A stretch of DNA of 64,000 nucleotides from a virus (taxonomy: Duplodnaviria > Caudoviricetes): IMG/VR virus record IMGVR_UViG_3300025631_000005, positions 9,996 through 73,995 of that record, one strand, 5' to 3'. Positions 57,046-64,000 of the stretch are shown one piece after another. Under the pieces are notes generated by a model that was not told the origin of the DNA, searched no databases, and saw only the letters and a list, made by a program, of their open reading frames with translations. The position numbers were made by a program, and so were the translations under genes. Every line of letters starts with the position of its first letter. Position 1 is the first letter of the stretch.

Positions 57046-58923
57046 ATGGCTAATATTAGCATTTATAACTGCACATTTTATAACGCAGGTACTTATGGTA
57101 TTACTGCCACGGGGAACGAACCATTTATTTATTGCTACAATACAGCAATTTGTGATAGTAGTGTATGTTTCGATGCTACCAATCCCACCATTGATGGTGA
57201 CTATAATGCTTCCTCAGATTCTACTGCTCCAGGCAGTCATTCGCTTCATAGTATCAACGCTAGTAACCAATTTCTTGATCTGACCTCTGGTCAATTTGAC
57301 TGCCATCTTAAAGAAACTAGTGATCTAGTTGATGCTGGAACCGACCTATCTTGGACAGGCTTTGACGACGACATCGACGGAGACACCCGCCCGTCCGGCT
57401 CATGGGATATAGGCGCGGACGAGTATACAGAGACTGGAGTAGAAGTAACAGCAAATTGTTCTCCAGGATATGCGTCTTGGACTGCAACTACCGCGTCAGC
57501 GACCAGCGTAGATGAGGCCCAGCCCGGTTATTATGTAGGTCATCTACAGTGGACCGCATCGCAAGCGGCTGCAAGTTATCAGACCCAACCGGAGATCAGT
57601 GTCCTTTCTGCATCAGCCCAATGGACGGCTAATCTAGCTATAGCAAGTTTTAGCGGGCAGTTTCAGGCCAATGCTACTTCCGCTTTTACTCAATGGACTG
57701 CTATTTCGGCTTCTACAGCAGTCCAAAGCCAGTCGGTAGCCAATGCTACTTCCGCTTTTACTCAATGGACTGCTATTTCGGCTTCTACAGCAGTCCAAAG
57801 CCAGTCGGTAGCCAATGCTGGTTCCGCTGCTGCTCAATGGGCTGCTAGCTTAGCTGCGGCAAACTCCAGCGGACAGTTCCAAACCGATGCCAATTCAGCT
57901 GCTGCTCAATGGACGGCTAATTTGGCTTCTATAGCGGTCCAAAGCCAGTCGGTAGCCAATGCTACTTCCGCTTTTACTCAATGGACTGCTATTTCGGCTT
58001 CTATAGCGGTCCAAAGCCAGGCGGTAGCCGATGCTGGTTCCGCTGCTGCTCAATGGGCTGCTATTTCGGCTTCTATAGCGGTCCAAAGCCAGGCGGTAGC
58101 CGATGCTGGTTCCGCTGCTGCTCAATGGGCTGCTAGCTTAGCTGCAACGAGCTCCAGCGGACAGTTCCAAACCGATGCCAATTCAGCGGCTGCCCAATGG
58201 ACCGCCAATTCGGCTACAGTAGATTCTGGCGGGCAATTTCAGACTGACGCCAGTCCAGCTTCAGCCCAATGGACGGCTGGCTCGGCCTCTGCGACAGCTC
58301 AGAGCCAGCTGACAGCCGGTGCAAGCTCCGCTTCCGCTCAATGGGTTGCCGGTATCGTCGAGACATCGGTAGAAAGCCAAACCACAGCGGAGTGCTCGAC
58401 AGCTTCAGCCCAATGGACTGCAAGCCAGTCAGCTGTATCCTCCGGCGTCCAACTGCAAGCAGAGATCCACTCCGCTTCCAGCCAATGGACGGCGGCTCAA
58501 GCGTCGGTCGGCTACCAGCTCCAGGTGCAGACTGCTGCAGAGCCGGCCGCCGCCCAATGGGTCGCAAGTTCTGCCGACGCTACTGGCGTTATTCATTCTC
58601 AGGCCGCCGCTGGTTCAGCTTCCGCCCGATGGACGGTCGATGATGCGGAGCCTGTTTATGTTGTTTCTGCAGTCATTACCGGGCTTTCGGCTGCGTCCCA
58701 ATGGCTGAATCCGGCGGCCAGTGCGAGCTACAATAGTTATCAACAGGCGGAGGCCGATGCCGCCGATTGCCTGTGGCGGGCGTCCGACGGCGTCGCCGAA
58801 TGGGCCAGTCTGCACCAGGCGGAAACTTCGGCTTCAGCCTGCTCTTGGACCACCGAGTCGGCCGATACAAGCTATCTGGCCGGCAGGGTCCCTTGGCATC
58901 TGGTACACAACGTAGCTCTTTAG
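57046..58923 (+). CDS. tail fibre/spike-like protein with beta-helix remnant and 24-aa QW repeats
   Basis: IYNCTFYN, DIDGDTRPSGSWDIGADE, then ~20 S-A-x-x-Q-W-T-A units. Confidence 0.65.
   Translation: MANISIYNCTFYNAGTYGITATGNEPFIYCYNTAICDSSVCFDATNPTIDGDYNASSDSTAPGSHSLHSINASNQFLDLTSGQFDCHLKETSDLVDAGTDLSWTGFDDDIDGDTRPSGSWDIGADEYTETGVEVTANCSPGYASWTATTASATSVDEAQPGYYVGHLQWTASQAAASYQTQPEISVLSASAQWTANLAIASFSGQFQANATSAFTQWTAISASTAVQSQSVANATSAFTQWTAISASTAVQSQSVANAGSAAAQWAASLAAANSSGQFQTDANSAAAQWTANLASIAVQSQSVANATSAFTQWTAISASIAVQSQAVADAGSAAAQWAAISASIAVQSQAVADAGSAAAQWAASLAATSSSGQFQTDANSAAAQWTANSATVDSGGQFQTDASPASAQWTAGSASATAQSQLTAGASSASAQWVAGIVETSVESQTTAECSTASAQWTASQSAVSSGVQLQAEIHSASSQWTAAQASVGYQLQVQTAAEPAAAQWVASSADATGVIHSQAAAGSASARWTVDDAEPVYVVSAVITGLSAASQWLNPAASASYNSYQQAEADAADCLWRASDGVAEWASLHQAETSASACSWTTESADTSYLAGRVPWHLVHNVAL
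57667..58243 (+). repeat. 72-bp tandem repeat (24 aa) with near-identical copies
   Basis: Unit starts at 57667, 57739, 57811; 144-bp block at 57811 recurs at 58099. Confidence 0.9.
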
Positions 58924-58932
58924 GAAAACGGT

Positions 58933-59730
58933 ATGGCAATCTACGGACAACCCATTACGGTTCAATACGTCGCTTGGAACACGCTGTCCAACTCCGGGCA
59001 GACCGGAGACGCCGACAACCATACCCTTCGCTGGGTTAAAGATGGGGTAGCGGCTGCACCTACGAACTCCCCGACTGAACTGGACCCGACCAACTGCGCC
59101 GGGGTCTATACCGTTTCTCTCACCGAAGAGGAGACTTCCTGTTGGGTGGGCACTCTTTGCGGTAGGTCCAGCACCCCCCATGTGGTTATTATGCCGGTGA
59201 CTTTCGCATTCGAGCGGTTGTCCGCATGGGAACTGGCGGCGATCGAGGCGGGCGTGTGGGACGCAGCGATTGCGGACCATCTGCAATCGGGCTCTGCCGG
59301 GAAGACGCTCTACGACAGCTTACAGATGGTCTTCGGTATAAGCGGCGGAGTAGTTCAGGTCATTTCACCCGTCTCCATCGACGGCAGGACGATCGAGCTC
59401 ATCCAAGGCGATGACTTCACGGACGGCACCAAGAGACCCCTCATTTGGAGGAGTTACAACTGGCCCGATCTCACCGGTGCGACCGTCACCTTCACAATGA
59501 AGGAGGTCGAAGGCGATGGTGTCCTGGACGTTTCCGGTGAAGTAGTGCAATCGGGGGACCAGTTGCAGATCGTAAAGGTCGAGCTCACCAACAATGACAC
59601 CAGCGACCTTGTTACTGGCGTCTACACCTATGACTATGACTTAAGAGCTGTTCTGGCCTCAGCGGAAGTATCGACTCTGGTCATGGGTCGAGTCGGTGTG
59701 AAGGCCCCGGCCTCCCAAATGGGGGGTTGA
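58933..59730 (+). CDS. putative tail/baseplate-associated protein
   Basis: C-terminal LTGATVTFTM..YDYDLRAV..TLVMGRV, BppU-like pattern. Confidence 0.5.
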   Translation: MAIYGQPITVQYVAWNTLSNSGQTGDADNHTLRWVKDGVAAAPTNSPTELDPTNCAGVYTVSLTEEETSCWVGTLCGRSSTPHVVIMPVTFAFERLSAWELAAIEAGVWDAAIADHLQSGSAGKTLYDSLQMVFGISGGVVQVISPVSIDGRTIELIQGDDFTDGTKRPLIWRSYNWPDLTGATVTFTMKEVEGDGVLDVSGEVVQSGDQLQIVKVELTNNDTSDLVTGVYTYDYDLRAVLASAEVSTLVMGRVGVKAPASQMGG

Positions 59731-59750
59731 TTTTGAATCCGGATTCAAAA
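59731..59750. repeat. 20-bp palindrome copy 11
   Basis: Exact; begins on the base after the stop of 58933-59730, at the strand switch. Confidence 0.95.
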
Positions 59751-59764
59751 ATCCTCGGATAGCT

Positions 59765-59797
59765 AAAAAAACCGGCCGGCAGAATAAGCCGACCGGT
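59765..59797 (-). terminator. intrinsic terminator of the minus-strand operon
   Basis: 10-bp stem with one G-U on the minus strand, followed by T6. Confidence 0.75.
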
Positions 59798-59814
59798 CTC
59801 TGGCTCTCTTAAAC

Positions 59815-60876
59815 TCAGACGCCTACTTCCAAGGACCTCGTTGTCGCCGTTCCAGCACAAAACCGGATATAGCTATCGCAGCTTTCACGGTTTGCGTAAC
59901 GTACCGCCGCCGTTAAGGCGCCCCAGGCTTGATATTTCCTGGCCAGCTCGAACAAGAGCGACCACCGTTCCGGCGCCGCTACGGCAAGAGCCGTAATCAA
60001 GCATAAATGGTGCTTATGGTTGCGAACAGCTTTGAAGAAGCTGTCGAACATCTCGTCCGTGATTCTATGCAGCGGGCCGCTTCCGATAGCCTTTGCCAGG
60101 ACCGGGACGTGTTTGTTCCGAGCTATCCACTCACCGATCCTCGGATCGTATCGTTCGTCAGGCCAGTCACAAAAAGCACAGAGCATACTATAAGGGCCGT
60201 CGAAGGTGAGGCCAGCCCGCTCCATCATTTTGTCTACGACAGCGCTGCTCCATAAATGGTCCGGCGTACACAGTCCCAGGGCGAAAAGGTTCTCGATCAG
60301 CGGAGTCGTCAGCAGCCAGTTGAAAGTCGCTCTTTGCCAGATGTCGCTGCCGTAATTGACAATCGACAGCGCAGTGTTGACGATCTCCGTATGTGTGAGG
60401 CCGTAACGGCTTTTACGGGACCAGTCTTCCACCAGCTTACTGGGCGGTTCCAGATAGCGGCTTCGATCGAATGATCGCTGCCCGCGCGTGAGGTGATCGA
60501 ATTGGCGGCGAAAGACCTCAAGATCAGGCTGTACCTGTACATAGTCCTTCTTTTTCGACCGATTGTAGTCGGCAGTGTCGTCATGCTGCTCCGGCCACAC
60601 GTTGCACAGCTTGAGTACCTTGAGCCACCTATCAGGGTATCGGTCAGCCCATCTCAGTATAGCGGTTATTATGGCTTCGTAGTGCTCTGGGTGCTTGTAG
60701 TTTGCTACGGCTTCTATAAACTCGTCTTGCCATCTATCTGCCGTTTTTACCAGAAGCTCAAGCGAGATTTCGTCGAGCTTCTCGTTCGCTCTCAGTTTAC
60801 TCAACAGATTCATTGGAACTCGCAGTCTTGAGAATAATCGCTGTCCGCCAAACGTCAGTCGCTCCAATCCAGCCAT
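59815..60876 (-). CDS. helical hypothetical protein
   Basis: ORF track to 60924; AAGGA before in-frame ATG 60876. Confidence 0.6.
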   Translation of the reverse strand: MAGLERLTFGGQRLFSRLRVPMNLLSKLRANEKLDEISLELLVKTADRWQDEFIEAVANYKHPEHYEAIITAILRWADRYPDRWLKVLKLCNVWPEQHDDTADYNRSKKKDYVQVQPDLEVFRRQFDHLTRGQRSFDRSRYLEPPSKLVEDWSRKSRYGLTHTEIVNTALSIVNYGSDIWQRATFNWLLTTPLIENLFALGLCTPDHLWSSAVVDKMMERAGLTFDGPYSMLCAFCDWPDERYDPRIGEWIARNKHVPVLAKAIGSGPLHRITDEMFDSFFKAVRNHKHHLCLITALAVAAPERWSLLFELARKYQAWGALTAAVRYANRESCDSYIRFCAGTATTRSLEVGV

Positions 60877-61739
60877 TTCATCCTTTTGGCGATCTGCTTG
60901 CCGATAAGGTCCGCACCTTGGCATAAGACAGACGTCTTGATCGTAGCCAGCGCGAAATGCACTGCGTCAGACAAACCCACCCGTCTGCATCGCTCCAGGA
61001 CGTCCATGAGCCGCTCCCAGTCCGTTACAATGCTGAACAGCCGGGACAGCTCATCGACCACGGGTGATTGCTGGAGATTTTGATAGCAGCTGCTCTCCTC
61101 CGCAGCGTATTTGAGCTGGGAGTAGTACCGCTCTTCGAACGAGCGTAGCCTTCTGGAGTCGTCGGACGACGCCACGATTATTCTGAGCGCGCTTACGACC
61201 GACGACGCGCACAGCCGTTTCTCCAGCACAGGCCCGATATATTCTTTGGGCCAATGCAACCATATCTCGGCCAGAGTCTTTATTCGATCGTTCGTCGGCT
61301 GGTGGTCGGTCCAGGCGACTGCGAACTCTTGCAATTCCATAGGGTCGAACGCCCCAGTAGACGGCATTTTAAGCAGATCGTTCCGTCCGATGCTTTTCAT
61401 AAGACGATTTTCCAGAGCGTCTTTCCAAAGACCGTCCGGAAGATCGAAGTACAGCAGCAATTCACCGGCCGCCCTCGGATGCTTCGAATACTTCTCAGGG
61501 TCGAGCAGCTTGTTGTTTTCCAGCGGTACAGGCCAGTCCTGCATGATCTGAACGAGGCTGTCCCACTCTTTCAGGACGCCCGCTTTGCCGATCAGCGCTG
61601 CGACGATCCGTTTACACTCCGTCGGATCGTCCTCGTACGACACGGTTTTAATCGCCGCTATGCTGGCTCTCGGCCACACGTAACGGCTGACGGAACTTTC
61701 TATATGATCTGCTATCTGTTGAGGAGTTCTTTTTCTCAT
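60855..61739 (-). CDS. helical hypothetical protein
   Basis: GAGG before in-frame ATG 61739. Confidence 0.6.
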   Translation of the reverse strand: MRKRTPQQIADHIESSVSRYVWPRASIAAIKTVSYEDDPTECKRIVAALIGKAGVLKEWDSLVQIMQDWPVPLENNKLLDPEKYSKHPRAAGELLLYFDLPDGLWKDALENRLMKSIGRNDLLKMPSTGAFDPMELQEFAVAWTDHQPTNDRIKTLAEIWLHWPKEYIGPVLEKRLCASSVVSALRIIVASSDDSRRLRSFEERYYSQLKYAAEESSCYQNLQQSPVVDELSRLFSIVTDWERLMDVLERCRRVGLSDAVHFALATIKTSVLCQGADLIGKQIAKRMKWLDWSD

Positions 61740-62169
61740 TTCTGTTCTTCCTCTTCTGAGGCGGCTGTCCTGTTTTGGCAGCCGTAATCGCATCAGCGAT
61801 CTCTTGGAGGTATAGGCGATAACCTCCACTTACCGCCTCATAGAAGCCGCCGTATCCAAATGACTCGACTGCTTCGTCGATGTCATCCGGGGCGTACGGG
61901 TATCCATCAACCCATTTCAGCAGATCGCTTTCCGTCGCTTGGTCGGCTATACGGCTGACGGCCTCTTCGGGTGATTCTCCTTCTGCGATCAGCTCTAGCA
62001 GCTCGTACACCGACCGAAAAACGGCGTCGTTCGGGAGCAGGCCCCCATGCGCCCGATCGACCGCCTCACGAAGCCATTGGGGTGGAGTCCGTTCGAGAGT
62101 GAAAAGGACACGCCCGTTGACCTCGCATAAGTACGTCAGCGCCTCTTGTGCTTTTTCTTGGATAGACAT
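61648..62169 (-). CDS. acidic protein, possibly Ocr-like DNA mimic
   Basis: AAGGAG RBS; D/E-rich helical core AHGGLLPND..IADQATESDLLKWV. Confidence 0.4.
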   Translation of the reverse strand: MSIQEKAQEALTYLCEVNGRVLFTLERTPPQWLREAVDRAHGGLLPNDAVFRSVYELLELIAEGESPEEAVSRIADQATESDLLKWVDGYPYAPDDIDEAVESFGYGGFYEAVSGGYRLYLQEIADAITAAKTGQPPQKRKNRNEKKNSSTDSRSYRKFRQPLRVAESQHSGD

Positions 62170-62267
62170 ACCACGCTCCTTTCGGGGGATACCTTAACCC
62201 GCCCGGCCAGCCGCCCCCCATACGGCTAGCCGGGTTATTCTACAAACCCCCGGCCTAGGGTGCGAGA

Positions 62268-62462
62268 TTACACTGCGCAGACGCCCTCATCCCAGAGGAC
62301 CATCTCCCCAAGCCCCTCATCGTAATACAGCTGCCACCGGACCTGTGCCGGCCGATTTTTCACTAGATCGGCAGCACAGGTCCGGATCATGGCCGGAGTA
62401 GGAGGGGCAGCGTAAAACTCGACCCGATCCGAATCGCCATGCTTAACAACCAGATACCACAT
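62268..62462 (-). CDS. small hypothetical protein
   Basis: AAGGAGA before in-frame ATG 62462. Confidence 0.55.
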   Translation of the reverse strand: MWYLVVKHGDSDRVEFYAAPPTPAMIRTCAADLVKNRPAQVRWQLYYDEGLGEMVLWDEGVCAV

Positions 62463-62607
62463 GTTTTTCTCCTTTGAGAACAGAATCCACTTGCCCGATC
62501 GTCCCACACGACCGGGCAAGGAATCAAATGGTTTACTTATAAACGGAAACCGAATCCCCGGTCTGGGTGCGACCACCGAATAGCGCACTTCCGGGGTAAG
62601 AGGGTGG

Positions 62608-62910
62608 TTATTCTTCCGATGGGGTCGGAAAGTCCTTCAGGCCCCACTTTTCGGCTAGTTTGGACGCCTCCTCGTAGGTTATCTGGCGGGGAGGCTCGTA
62701 TCTCTCCCGATGAATGCTGTCGAAACAGGTTCGGGGGATATATCCGATGCGGCCGCCGTTGAGAGTAGCGAGATACCACGTATCGTCGCGCGTATGAATC
62801 AGATACCGAGTCTGAACATCTTCTTGGAATTTCCAAGATGCTTCGGCTTCTTTGAGCATGGTCTGGACTTTCTCCAGGCCGACATGCCGTACAAGGGGGA
62901 CCGTCCGCAC
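62608..62910 (-). CDS. small hypothetical protein
   Basis: GGAGAG 6 nt before in-frame GTG 62910, immediately after the IS end. Confidence 0.5.
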   Translation of the reverse strand: MRTVPLVRHVGLEKVQTMLKEAEASWKFQEDVQTRYLIHTRDDTWYLATLNGGRIGYIPRTCFDSIHRERYEPPRQITYEEASKLAEKWGLKDFPTPSEE

Positions 62911-62922
62911 AAAGGTCTCTCC

Positions 62923-64000
62923 GTGACGCTCCGCTAGGGCTAAAGCCCTGCGGCTTCTTGGGCAACCCCCGCCGCCGCAGAGGTTAACGCCCAACGGCTG
63001 CGTCCCAGCCGAAGAATGTTAATGGCGGCGTTAATATCACGATCTAGCTCCAGACCACAAGCGCATCGCACAGTCCTAACGGACAAACTTATCTTTTCGG
63101 GAAAAAGCTGTCCGCAGGAAGAGCAAGTCTGCGAAGTGTTCGCCGGGTTAACTTCTACAACCATTCTCCCAGCCTCTGCCGCTTTGGAGAATAGCCGTTC
63201 TTTGAAGTATCCCCAGCCGGTGTCCATGATGCTCTTGGACAGCCTGCGGTTCTTAACCATCCCTTGGATGTTCAAGTCCTCAACCGCGATGAAGTCGTAT
63301 TCTTGGATAAGCTTGTAGATGATCTTGTTCAGCGCATCCTGCCGTTGCCTTGATACGTGCAGGTGGTGCCTTGCGACAGCCTGCCTTGCCTTTTCTCGGT
63401 TCTTCCCACCTAGTTGCTTGCGGGAAAGACTACGCTGGAGCCGATGTAGTTTCTTTTGCCCAGCAAGATACCATTTGGGGTTGGCAAATTTCTCACCCCC
63501 CGAGGTTGTGACCAAAGAAGCCACGCCTACGTCGATACCCGCTTCTCTGCCAGTAGAAGGCAATACTTGCGGCTCTACTTCGCACGTGAACATGGCGTAC
63601 CAGCCATCCGCCTTACGAACGATTCGGACGGTCTTGGGAGTACAGGGAAGCGGCCTGTGCCAGCGTACGGGAATCCTGCCGATCCCATGCAGCCGGAGCC
63701 TCCGTCCATCGATCTTGAAGCCGTTGCCGTACTCCTTGAAACCGAATGACGAGAAACGGTTTTTGCCCTTGAACCGAGGGTACCCAGGTTTCTCGCCAGA
63801 CTTTACACGCCGGAAGAAGGCTTGAAATGCGCGGTCCAGATCGGCGACGACCACTTGGAGAACGTGACTATGGATATTCCTTGCATACGGGTTGGTCGCT
63901 TTTAGTTCCTTGACCTTACGGAGTTGCTCGACCTTGGAGACCGACCGTTGCTCGTTAGCCCACGCATCCCGGCGCTCTTCCAGGAGGTCGTTGTAGAACT
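62923..64000 (-). mobile_element. IS200/IS605-family element, right end at ~62923, left part outside window
   Basis: Subterminal hairpin CCGCAGGGC-TTTA-GCCCTAGCGG ending GCGTCAC on minus strand, overlapping the tnpB stop. Confidence 0.75.
62940..64000 (-). CDS. tnpB: RNA-guided nuclease TnpB (5' truncated by window edge)
   Basis: GIDVG, AVEDL, CSSCG..CACG, DRDINAAINI; frame stays open to the window edge (FYNDLLEERRDAW). Confidence 0.93.
   Translation of the reverse strand, partial: FYNDLLEERRDAWANEQRSVSKVEQLRKVKELKATNPYARNIHSHVLQVVVADLDRAFQAFFRRVKSGEKPGYPRFKGKNRFSSFGFKEYGNGFKIDGRRLRLHGIGRIPVRWHRPLPCTPKTVRIVRKADGWYAMFTCEVEPQVLPSTGREAGIDVGVASLVTTSGGEKFANPKWYLAGQKKLHRLQRSLSRKQLGGKNREKARQAVARHHLHVSRQRQDALNKIIYKLIQEYDFIAVEDLNIQGMVKNRRLSKSIMDTGWGYFKERLFSKAAEAGRMVVEVNPANTSQTCSSCGQLFPEKISLSVRTVRCACGLELDRDINAAINILRLGRSRWALTSAAAGVAQEAAGL

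Noticed and set aside
1394-59750. Palindrome copies as a CRISPR array
   Set aside because: Copies are 1.3-15 kb apart with genes between them; no regular spacers and no cas genes
318-63825. Many antisense and alternate-frame ORFs in the track (e.g. 7094-8056, 9194-10144, 13214-14023, 54311-55117)
   Set aside because: Shadows of well-supported genes in GC-rich DNA, without RBS or recognisable motifs

Overview
Fragment of a large tailed dsDNA phage genome (standard code, dense coding, + strand up to 59.7 kb, - strand after). Order: WD40 protein and an expanded family of three helical paralogs (0.2-6.4 kb); replication module (SF2 helicase, DnaB-like helicase, primase, UDG-fused family A polymerase, probable SSB, RecA-like; 6.6-18.5 kb); head module (terminase large subunit, probable portal, large virion-type proteins; 21-36 kb) with a cold-shock protein and a LigD-phosphoesterase/ATP-ligase fusion; two C1 peptidases and a catalytically degenerate SNase; a retron-type reverse transcriptase followed by CsrA-like, MoxR-type AAA and vWA genes; duplicated two-gene cassettes; small paralog families; a trypsin-like protease; tail/fibre genes; an IS200/IS605 tnpB cut by the window edge. 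Two non-coding signals stand out. (1) The RT has a retron-like ncRNA just upstream (39793-39869), and at least four more homologous msr-like elements with a shared priming-G plus hairpin core but different msd-like bodies lie 3-9 kb downstream (43754, 43822, 46413, 49287), two of them heading duplicated gene pairs. This suggests one RT serving several ncRNA templates in trans. (2) The 20-bp palindrome TTTTGAATCCGGATTCAAAA occurs 11 times across the window. A second structured repeat with covariation is present at 49155 and 51420. All protein calls come from motif reading by eye and all RNA structures from manual pairing; no searches or folding programs were run. The host cannot be determined from the sequence.
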